Positions 53,631-64,000 of a DNA stretch of 64,000 nt are shown in pieces. The number at the start of each line of letters is the position of its first letter. Position 1 is the first letter of the stretch. Origin of the DNA: Phoronis australis (Eukaryota > Animalia > Phoronida); the NCBI GenBank assembly GCA_002633005.1, contig NMRA01000074.1, positions 638,835 to 702,834 of the forward strand, in the 5' to 3' direction. The position numbers were made by a program, and so were the translations under genes. The notes beneath the pieces are model-generated. The model was not told the DNA's origin. It did no database searches and saw only the letters and a list, made by a program, of their open reading frames with translations.

Positions 53631-54384
53631 AACCGAAGTTACATGTACGATAATCTTTTATTTCCGAATGTACCAATTCACTCTGGGTTTGAAGGTGTTC
53701 ACAGGTGGTCTGTAATACGCCTGGTAGATAATTGGCCTGCCTGTTTTCATAACAGACAAAAAACTGTGCTTGGCAGTTAACAAAGAAGCTAGATGTTATC
53801 ACACGCTCAGAACCCTCTACGTCTGGTAAAGTCACTGAATGGGAAAACGCTGTCATGAGTTACAGCCCATTAGCTCAATGCCTTTACAAAATCCAGTCAT
53901 GTTTGCACAGACTATTGAACCTGTTTATTGTATGTGGAGACCCCTAAACTAAGGGAGAGGGAACATAACAGACTGTTGACAAGTCAAAGAATTTCAGGTG
54001 CCATATTCAAGTTGTGATTTTTGAATAATGTGTCCATAAATCAATAAAACTGAAGACTCAACTATCTTAATTTTTATTCTGATCAACACTGCTTATTTTC
54101 TCAAAAATTTAGGTTCAAAGCTCTTGCAAATTTGCTCAAGTTGTTTACCAAGGTGTTTATTCTCGATAAGATCATGCTACATGACAGCCTTCTCCCATTC
54201 AGTGACTTTTCCAGACGTAGAGGGTTGAGAGCGTGTGATCTAGCTCCTTTGTTAACTGCCAAGCACAGTCTTTTGTCTGTTATGACAACAGGCAGGCCAA
54301 TTATCTACCAGACTTATTACAAACGGCAAGTGAACACAGTCAAATCAGAGCGTATGGAAAGAATAGATTGTCGTAACTTCGGTT
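53631..54384. repeat. Long inverted repeat (~205-230-bp arms, ~320-bp spacer) downstream of the JAZF1 stop
   Basis: 53631-53857 is the diverged reverse complement of 54180-54384. For example, CTGTGCTTGGCAGTTAACAAAG pairs with CTTTGTTAACTGCCAAGCACAG, and CCCTCTACGTCTGG with CCAGACGTAGAGGG. Confidence 0.88.
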
Positions 54385-55465
54385 GTAGTTGAGCAATTTT
54401 GACGATTAAAAAACTAAACATGATCAGCATTTGAATAGGGAAATCACAAAATTAATGCTATTGGATTATGGTTAAATATGTTGTAACTTAACATTTGTTT
54501 TTAACAGTCAGGCTAGATATGATCTTATTGGAGATCAGAGCAATTATCGAACAAAAGAAAACTTCCCCTCCCACAGTAAATGCCAGACTGAAGTTAATCA
54601 GTCGTGTAAGATATTGCTGTTAGGTTATAGAATGGACCAAGATTGGAGCAACAAGAAAATGCAGTAATGAAATCAACCCCCACCAAATCTATAAACAAAT
54701 GAGTGTTGGGTATATTAGGGATTGGAGCCTAAGGCTTTCGAAATGGCTATAGACTAAAAATGAACTGATTCTTACAGAAATGTATGCAAAAGGCATAACT
54801 GAAGAATTTTCTAATGCTTATTTTATCTTACCAATGATGTAGCACTCAATATAACTTTGACTGCACGAATTGTACACAGCATGTTCAATTATAGTAAATT
54901 TAGTCTACTTTCTTCAGACTTTGTCCGAATTACTTGTAAGCATGAGAACAATTATTACCGTAATATTGATTCTAGTCTACACAATCTCCAATGCTACATA
55001 CAATGTTCAACCAGAATAAATGGCAAAACACATTCACGATTTGTAAGTGTTTAAAGAAATTTGAACGCCATAAATACATAAAGCATACTTCACATCACCA
55101 CTTTGTCTGGCCAGATCCAAATACTCACAAAAAAATAATAAGCAAATGTGCGTTTTCAAATCTGTTGGGTGGCACTGCACCCCATACCTCAGCTTGGGGC
55201 ATGTTCCGTAACACTAGTCACTCACACAACACTTAATTGTATTGAAAAATCTTGGTTTACAGAAAAGAAATAGACAAAGTGCATTTCTCTTAGATTCAAC
55301 ACCTCAACCATGCCATCTGGTGACTTAATTTGTGGCCAATTTGCAGGTCACCAGCTTATTCCTCAAATACTAGCCTTGCCCAAAATGTGATCTTGCATGA
55401 ACTCACCAAACTGAAACACCCCAATTTGACTACTGGCAACTTCAGCTTGACTTTCACCCTTTGGT

Positions 55466-58400
55466 TCATATGGTTTTACCTTCTTTAATAGGTACTACCT
55501 GCTGCTCCATGGCAACTAACTTCCGGCCACCAGATGTATCCACTGCACGCTGGGCAACAAACTGTGGCAAGAGGCTGGTTTGCAATGAGCCAACAGAACC
55601 TAGAGAGATGAGGGTCTGTCCAAGACCCATAGCCGACAGAGCACTCACAGGGGTAGGGGATTGTGCAGAAGAGATGGGGGTCACCAACGAGGCCGTGGAA
55701 GTTACGACAGGGGTGAAGCCAGACACCTTGGTAACCTCTTGAATCTGCGTCTTCAGTTCAGGCACAAGCCTTGTTGGTATTAACAAAGGCCTGGTCTACA
55801 ATCATACAAAAACATACTATGAAGAGTTGCTGTGTATTGCAGTTTTCTCTATTCCAGAGGTCTTCTAACAGAAAATCCAATAAAACCTTTCCCCACTGAA
55901 AAGTGGTCTGGGTACACAAGACCCTCTAAGTCACAACAAACACAGCAATTATCACCCCCACTTCTAAAAAATTAAGTGGATTATTCACAAAAGGGTCACT
56001 AGAGTAAGGTCTTGTCAGTGTTTGAACAATTGTCAAACAAAGGCTCTATGGTTCAGCCTTGTGACTGTTACAGCGAAGGTGACCACGTCTTATCCTAGGC
56101 AGTAAAATGAATGTTAGGTGCTGTTACGTGTTGAAACTCTGTTGAATTTCCCATGCTATCCGGTTTTGTCTTGAAAACTTTGGGAGAATTGGCAGTGAGA
56201 GGTTAACGGACACAGGTTGCTGTGCAAAACTTGTAGATTCAACTGCACTGAGAAATTTTGTCCGACTAAATCGCAACCCGACTTATCTGAAGAACTACAA
56301 GGTTTTGTCCAGGCAAAAATCCGACTTATGCATGCCCTATTTGCCATGAAAGTGTTAATAAGAATAATAATAACCTCAGTGTCAGAGTACTAATAATAGT
56401 AAAGTTGGCCTGGGCCCGGTCTCTAATCTTTATACTCGAAACGAACTCGAAACTATTTTTGGCAATTTCTCTGCTCCTTTTGTGTGAACTTAAGGTAATT
56501 GGTTATCAGACTGTGCTCGAATACATTATAGTTTATGCATAGGAGTTTCTAGTTCAAGTTTGCCCTTGAAGAACCTTATATTCGTGCTACAAACTCGAGT
56601 AAAAACTCGAAATTTCGAGTTCAAACTCCTACTTATTGCTTTAATATTGGGTTTACAAACTGTGAACTAAGGGCAATAAATTATCTACGTAAGTTATTGT
56701 GTACTCGAGCATAGAATAATAGACACTTATCTTGAGTTCGCCCAAAAGTAGAGTAGAAAATGCCAAACCTAATTTCGAGTTCCATTTCGAGTAAAAAGAT
56801 TGGAGACCGGGCCCTGGTGTTCATAAAACAATTTACTAGTAGTACATGAATAACTCGTTCATCAGAACATTACTTTGACCTCCATTATGTTTGCCTGAGA
56901 TTTGCATGAGGATTTAAGACTGCACTAAACCATGGTGTGGTGTTAATAACGTCAACTTTCTTCACAGGTGTCTTTGCGCATCCAGCGCAAAGACAACAAA
57001 TTATTATCCTTTGGAATGAAAGTGATTACAATATATCGTATGGCGACTGTACTAACCCACCAAGAGGAGAAAATAAACGGCCTAACTGTGAAGCAATTAG
57101 GCAACTTGACAAAGTTCATTTCAAGCATAGAAATTTAATAAATAATCTTTGTATGGGACAAGTTGAAATTGATTGACATCCTACTCGCAAAGGATACTGT
57201 GCTGTCAGGTCCATTTTCAAAAAATGGTGAGGTCCTACTCACAATGGATGGTGTACAGTGAGGTTCTACTTGCAAAGAATAGTGTAGAGTGAGGCTCTAC
57301 TCGCAAAGGAAAGTGTACAATGAGATTATTCTTGCAATGGATGGTGTACAATGAGGCTCTAGACACAAAAGATAGTGTACAGCAAGACTTTACTAGCAAA
57401 GGATAATGTAAAGTGAGGTTCTACTGGCAAAAGATAGTGTACGGTGAGAACCTACTTGTAAAGGATAGTGTTCAGTGATGTTCTATCCACAGATGATAGT
57501 GCACAGAGAGGTTACTCTTGAAAAGGATAGTGTGCAGTGTGCTTCTACTCGCAAAGGATAGTGTACAGTAAGGTTACTTGAAAGGAAAGTGAACAGTGAG
57601 GTTATATTCACAAATGATAGTGTCCAGTAAGGTCCTCCTTGTAAAGGATAGTGTACAGAGAGGTTCTACTCACAATTGTACAGTGAGGTCTTAAGGTCTT
57701 ACTTGTAAAGCACAGTGAGGTTCTACTGGCAAAGGATAGTGTATAACGAGGTCCTACTTGCAAAGGATAGTGCAGTTCTCAAACTAAACTAGACAGTAAC
57801 GAGATTCAACAACAACGTTTCAATGCAAAACAATGCATATTACCTATATTTATTTCCTTTCAACTAGAGTACACATTTTATCTATCAAACACGAGTTGCT
57901 TCATGCTCTTTGTTAAAATCACAGTGAACTTGCAAACATATTTTACAAAAATTAACAACCACTTAATCATCAGTAAAATATTCGACTCTGACTAATGCTC
58001 AACAAGTGATATTTTACTGCGACAAAACTCATCTGAACTGACAAAATATTTCTGGCAAAAATTTCATCCAAGTTCAGAGAGCCTTTTAAATTGATATCAA
58101 AATCTACCAATACATTGTACGCGATCTGTTACCTGTGTGACAGTCCCAAGTTCTGTAGGTGGATGTATCGTGAGAGCATGGTTCCGCAGGCCTTGTGATG
58201 TCTTGTAACTCTTGCCACAGCGGCACTTGAACTGCTTCCTAACACTAGACACAACAAAAGGAGAATGACAGAAAAAGAGCGCAGCCAGCTGAGAAGATGA
58301 ACCCAACTCTTAGCCAGTCTAAAATAACTAGTAGCGACTGCTAGAAGGCCTGTTAGAAATTAGAATACAATAATCTAGCTGTGAAAGATTCGAACTGAGA

Positions 58401-61400
58401 CATCTTTTTCTTGCTGACAATGAGCAATCTCGTACGTCCAGTATCCAATATGCAACCTTTGTACAAGCCCAATAGGACAGCACCAAACAGCATTGAAAAC
58501 TTTATAGATAAAATAAGGTAGCCTGCTCAGTAAAATACACAAAGATAAATACATAGAAGAAAACAAAACAAATATACAGTAAATGTACAAAATAAATAAA
58601 TAAAAAATAAATAAAATCACCAATAAATGAGAAATGAAAAAAATTACAGAAGAAATAATGAAATGAGGCATAGGAGATGAAATGAAAGACACAAAGAATA
58701 AAAGACAAATCATGACATGTTGTAAAATAAAAATGATAGAACATAAGATAATGTGATGTTGCACTAACTATAAATCATACAAGTGTAAGTAAAATATAAT
58801 ATTGAATATAAATTAAGAACTTTGACAAGTGTCACACATTGTACGGTACCAGGAAGTTCTACTGATTTGCAGCCGGTGCCATAGAATGCTTTTGACTTCA
58901 TGAAATGTATGTGTACACGATTAGACGTGATGCAGTTTAAACACTAGATGCATGTCGTGAACACATCCACTAGCACAAGAAACTGTAGGAACACTGCATT
59001 TATCCACCTTCACTCTTATCAGGCTTCTATTGTGAGTCAGCATGCGTGAATAATTGGCTGATAAGCCACCTTTAGAACTACTTTTGGCTGAATGGATGAC
59101 CAGGCCATAAAATGATAATTAGCCAAGACCAGTTACTAATGCAACACAGAATAATGTCCTAGCATCACCTAGCCTTGGTGGAAAGCTGTATACTGTATTG
59201 GCTCTAATAAACGCTTAGAAAAATTCATTTCACGGGGAGGGGATTCTTATTGTAGCCTACTGCTAGGATTCATAAAATTTACGCTCTGTGACGTATTTTT
59301 AGCCTATGACAGTCTTTCTACAAAATTGTGGTGCATTGCTATGAACTTCCCTTGTTAAATTACGATAATTTTTCAAAAAATTGTGCTCATCACAGGGCGA
59401 AAACTTGCCGACTGATGCGTCGCTGAATCGCCATCGTCAATAGGAAAGCTTGAACTCTTGAATAAAAATATAGTTTCGACTCAACAAATCACCTGAAATT
59501 TTCCTTATGTTCTACAATTTTTAAAGTTCATGTGGAGTCCAGATTAATTGCGATTAAGTGCAAATCTGCGCTACATCATACCCCACAACACGAGAAAAAT
59601 CTCTGGATGAACATACATGTTGTTGTCACGTGACGTTTGTTTTGAAGTTCGTCTGCGAATGAGAGTGAGTGCCGGAGCGTGCGTGTGTGGGTCATCGACG
59701 ATAGAATTTTTTGTTACAAAAGGCGGAGGATTATGCAGGGAAATTGCGTTTACTAGATTGTTTTTTCATTTAAACGGCTGCAACGTGCAAGGTGAGTGCT
59801 GGTTAACTCACAGATTTTGTGTGCACAGGCCGACGGTCGTTAGCTCTACCGTGGAGTATTAATAGTCCAAGGCTTGATCTACATGTTGGGGATGAAGTGA
59901 ACTACCCGGGCTGTGTGAAATTTCTGGGTCTAACGGAGACACTGACACAGTGGTCAGCCAGCTCGCTGTATCAAGACTATAGTCAAAATCCAAATTTGTT
60001 TTATCGTGTCCCTGTCAATAATAATGGCATGCTAAAGTTTCTTAATTTTCGTACTTCAGGAACATAACAATCACGTGTTTTGTACACATACGCGCACGCC
60101 GCAGATCACATCTCGGAAATTGCCGATTTGACGGATGACAATGAATGAGCACAATGAAATTAAACAACGTCGTTTTACAGCTTGTAGAATTCATAATAAA
60201 TGTATTTTGAATATTACAATGCATGTGTTCCAAAATCTAAATAACTTGGGTCCTATATTTTGTATTCGTGCGCACCGATTGAAAGTAATCGTGAGTGTTG
60301 CTGTGTTGCAAAATCTCTTATCCTGGGCCGATTTGAAAAATTCAAAGTTGTACTAATATTTGTTTTCGCTCCTCTTTTTAAATATTACAGTAAAAACTAC
60401 TTGTAACTCTCTCCATAAAAAGTACAGTCTGCTAGGTAGATTGTAATCAGCTGATCACATCCGCATGAGCGAAGCCAATTATCCTCACTCGTGACTCGAT
60501 GAATAGAGCAGCTTGGCGGCATCCCTTTGATCGTGAGCCGAGCGCGACTCAGCCAAGGTGGATAAATACGGTCTAGTTCAATTTTCCATACCCCACCGTT
60601 TACCTTGACGACCGGGGTTAGGACCAATCTTATTTAGTGGGACTGTTCATAGCATGGTAAGTGAAATTGTCTCCTGATTTTCAAGAGGCCACTCGTATCA
60701 GAAATCACATGACCAGTTACCACTTCGTTTCGTGATTAGTAACTCATTAAGCGGCCTACATGTAGGCTCTGCTAATGACATTTAGTTAATACCCGCTAAT
60801 GACCAGGATACCAACATGTGGACCAGTAGAAACAGCCAACATAAAAATACCACCGGTGGTGAATTAATGACCACAGGTCTATCATTGGGGTATTGCACTT
60901 AAGAAAGGTAGCAATGTTTTTTTTCATTATGTCCTAGTGATAAATCAGTACTTTGATGTGACAAATGAACAGTCCGTCACTCCTTTAAAGATGCATACTG
61001 ACCGAGTTTCTTTCTTGTGTCCATGACGGGCATGGTACTTAATTCCATTTACGTTCTTGTAGCGTTTCTTACATCCTGGTATTGGGCAAGCAAATGGCTT
61101 CTCTGGGTCCGTGTTGTCTTTGTTGCTTGTCATACTACTATTGAACAGATATGTAACAGTGCCATCAGAGCTAGTGATTGACTGGTAGGAAAAACATGAA
61201 CACAAAATATTCTGAATTAGCAACAAATTTCCCCTCAACATTACATTCGTTTTAACAGATACCACCAGATTCATGGAGGCATTTGATAGGGTAGATGGTA
61301 ATCTCATTGCTATATCACCTAAGTCAACTGATGAATATTGTATCACAACTTCTAGAGCACAACATACCAAACCAAACAGGTAAGTTAAATATTCCATTGT

Positions 61401-63889
61401 AATCACCTGCACATAGTATTCATGTGCAATGCCATACTGTATGTAAATGTGAACATGAGATGGATATTTGCATGGGCATTTAATATATCAAGAATTACCC
61501 TCATTGCTGTGCCAAGTCACAAATTCCACCTGATGATGTGTTGGAGCCAAGAAGTAAAATGTCTGGCAAATGTCGTGCTGTCAAGCGACAAGTCCCCCAA
61601 TAAGAAACAAACTTGTAAACTGAGGCACTTCTGTCATGCAACTGCAATTTTGTGCCCCATCAAATACATTTTGTTACACAAACTGTCATTCTCGCGCGAA
61701 GTTGTGTCAAATTTTTGCACTTGAAAAAATCAGTTGAAAATGGTTGAATGTGGATTGGAGACATCCTTAATGACTGAAAATACTGAGACCAAATCACAAG
61801 TCAACAAATTCAAAATTTTCCAGCGCTCGAGTTATATATTTTGTAATGAAGTTGGCTATTGCCTTAAGCATTTTCTATTCCACTTATGAGAGAGCTTAAA
61901 CCTATTCTGCTCGAGTTAATTATGGTTTACATGGCTTACTGCCTAATATTACTTTGTACTTTATGACCACAGCGTTAAAAGCTATAACTTCGAATTTCTG
62001 TACAAAATCTCAAGATTTTACTCGAATTTGTAGCATGAATCTTGTGATCATCAAGTGTGGAATTGGACAAGACAATCATCTAACTAAACCAAAATGTATT
62101 CAAGTTCGTATTAAAGTAAATCGCAAAATGTCAAAACAACTTGTCTTGGAGTTCAATATCGAGTACAAAGATAAGAGACTCAGAATATGACAATTTCTAA
62201 TGCCCAACCTTCACATACCTGACGTTATGTAGCAGGTGGGGCATCATAAATACAGACAAATTAGTTGTTACTTGGCATGTGACAAGACAAGGGCTACTTG
62301 TTCATCTCATTAACTTAGGACAAAAATAAATGACCAAACGTTAGTTTTTATGTTCAAGGGCATCTAATACTTTGTAGCAAACGGCCAAAATCTTTTAAAC
62401 CAGTGTTTGATGGACGCTGTGAAACAGAATATCATTTAATTTTGCTTTGCACATATTTCACGAAAAAAGTTCCAAATTAAAATTCCGCTTGCCGGATATG
62501 TTGTGTCCCAAAATTGATTTAAGTTTACCATAAATTATATAATTACCTGAGAATCAATTCTGAGGCAAACTGTTCTTGCGTAGTCCAGGAGTCATCAGAG
62601 TCCTCGTCATCTGATGGCACGGCATGGTCGTCCTCGTCAAATTCACTACCTGCAACGAACACTCAAAACCTAATGATTAAGCCCAAAATGGGAAAAGCGC
62701 GCACTACTTTGAAGGTTCACTACACCACGATTTCACTACTCCAAAGGTTCACTATTCCAAAAATACATAAAATTTCGTACTCGGGTGCAACGTCCATTTT
62801 TTCATGTAAAAGTACACAACTTCCGTTAATAGACGCAATGGAGTTTCTAGACAAAATAATGTCTGGGTTAACTAATACGCTAGGTTTGGGTTTCCTGTGC
62901 AGGTATGCAAAATTCAGCTTCAAAATATGTCTTGTGATCAGGTAAACTGAGATGTAGTATGTACTTGCAATTAAAAAGAATGTGAAGCAGAAATGCTGAT
63001 GAATTATCAACCATACATTCACGGAATGTCCCAAATGCACAATTTCACAGTGCAACTAAAACCATTTTGGAAACAATGAGTACAGCCTTTGAGGGCTCAG
63101 TGTGGCAGACGGGGGTAACAGAAGGAACGGCGGTAATGTTTAGGAAATGGCGTTTTTAAAATGCTAGACCTTATTATTTTGGGATTGTGACTTCTTGTGA
63201 AGGACACACAAATAAAACAGAGGATGATTATTTGATAATGTTGGTATGCTTTGATATAACTGCATATTAGAACTCTCCTTTGAAAACCATTGCAGTGGTG
63301 GATCTAGGATGCCATAAGGGGGGCCCAACACTTTGTTTCAGGCAACTGCATAAAGCACGGCAGCATGCATGCACCCAGCCTGAAATAAAGAAGGTCTAAA
63401 GGCTCCCCCCTAAACCCGCCTATGCACTGGACTAGTTCACAGAAAATTATATGGTTAAGGCTAAAGTATTGCATAATTGCTTCTAGTCTGAGCCTGACTC
63501 ATCTTCAAACTTGTGCCTCACTGTTTGATAAAAATTAACACCCGCCCACATCATATTCAGCAAAGTTGCTTTTTATGTTTTTTCAAAAGCCATACGTATG
63601 TATGGTTGAACAAAGTAGCTATGGCAACTTAGGAAGGAACAATTATCTCATTCATCACCATTACTAGGCTTCCAGATGCTATTTGTGTGGATTTCAGTCA
63701 CAGCCAGAACCAATTAACATTTCTTCTAGCTTACAAGTAATAGGATAATTCATCACCAAGGAATGGAATATCAAAACATGATTACCAGTTGGTGTCGCAC
63801 TGCGAATCGATGATGCAGGTGACAGCGCTCTTTGTTTCTTACGTTGTATTTCCTGTAGGTGTTCCTTTCGACCAGCGTCAGTAAAAAAC
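55466..63889 (-). CDS. JAZF1: Juxtaposed with another zinc finger protein 1 (JAZF1), 5'-partial
   Basis: Minus-strand exons: 63889-63786 (FFTDAGRKE...SIRSATPTG), 62649-62547 (SEFDEDD...DSDDSWTTQE), 61137-61003 (EKPFACPIPGCKKRYKNVNGIKYHARHGH), 58244-58133 (VRKQFKCRCGKSYKTSQGLRNHALTIHPP) and 55795-55466. Phases are consistent and the motifs match JAZF1 zinc fingers 2-3. Upstream exons lie outside the window, and the exact last exon is less certain. Confidence 0.93.
56413..56812. mobile_element. PIF/Harbinger-like MITE (GGCCCGGTCTC TIRs, CTG TSD)
   Basis: CTG-GGCCCGGTCTCTAATCTTT..ACTCGAAA ... TTTCGAGTAAAAAGATTGGAGACCGGGCC-CTG. A diverged inverted copy lies at ~61868-62180. Confidence 0.8.
57177..57775. 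repeat. 31-bp minisatellite, ~20 diverged units, JAZF1 intron
   Basis: The consensus GAGGTTCTACTTGCAAAGGATAGTGTACAGT is repeated head to tail with no unique spacers. Confidence 0.93.
61868..62180. mobile_element. Diverged inverted copy of the 56413-56812 MITE
   Basis: GCATTTTCTATTCCACTT..TGCTCGAGT..TTTTACTCGAATTTGTAGCATGAA..GAGTACAAAGATAAGAGAC match the reverse complement of blocks in 56413-56812. Confidence 0.6.
63293..63424. mobile_element. MITE family B copy
   Basis: CAGTGGTGGATCTAGG...GGGGGGCCC...TAAACCCGCCTATG. Confidence 0.55.
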
Positions 63890-64000
63890 CTGAAAATTTC
63901 ATGACAGATGTGTCAATCAAAGTAATTCATTCTATTTTGCCATTTCCTTCAAATAATTTAAAATCTTAAAAACAAAAAACAAAGTATCGAAAAAACAATG

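Noticed and set aside
57177-57775. CRISPR-like array
   Set aside because: The units are contiguous diverged repeats with no unique spacers. The context is a eukaryotic intron with no cas genes.

Overview
A 64-kb window of AT-rich, intron-containing animal DNA. It is probably from a marine invertebrate, likely a lophotrochozoan, given the temptin gene. I assembled four spliced genes by hand from GT-AG junctions with consistent phases. (1) A 5'-partial type I membrane protein on + (2819-12066) with at least 5 TSP1 repeats, an Ig plus Cys-rich module closely resembling vertebrate sperm zona pellucida-binding protein (ZPBP/sp38), an ephrin-receptor-like Cys repeat, a TM helix and a long disordered tail. 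(2) A convergent ~497-aa signal peptide + ~7.5 EGF + TM + short-tail protein on - (15230-23854). (3) A two-coding-exon temptin on + (41697-45158). (4) The 3' part of JAZF1 on - (55466-63889). Non-genic DNA holds many decayed mobile elements: Penelope RT and GIY-YIG fragments, a Polinton/adintovirus-type protein-primed PolB relic, THAP/KolobokP-like relics, several MITE families and tRNA-derived SINE heads. There are also two tandem arrays. The most notable observations are the TSP1-ZPBP membrane architecture next to an EGF-only receptor, and two classes of probable transposon excision scars. The scars are TA>TACATGTA and 26-33 bp hairpins with 7-bp target duplications, and filled and empty copies inside the window show several of them to be insertions. 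All homology calls come from motif recognition, not database searches.
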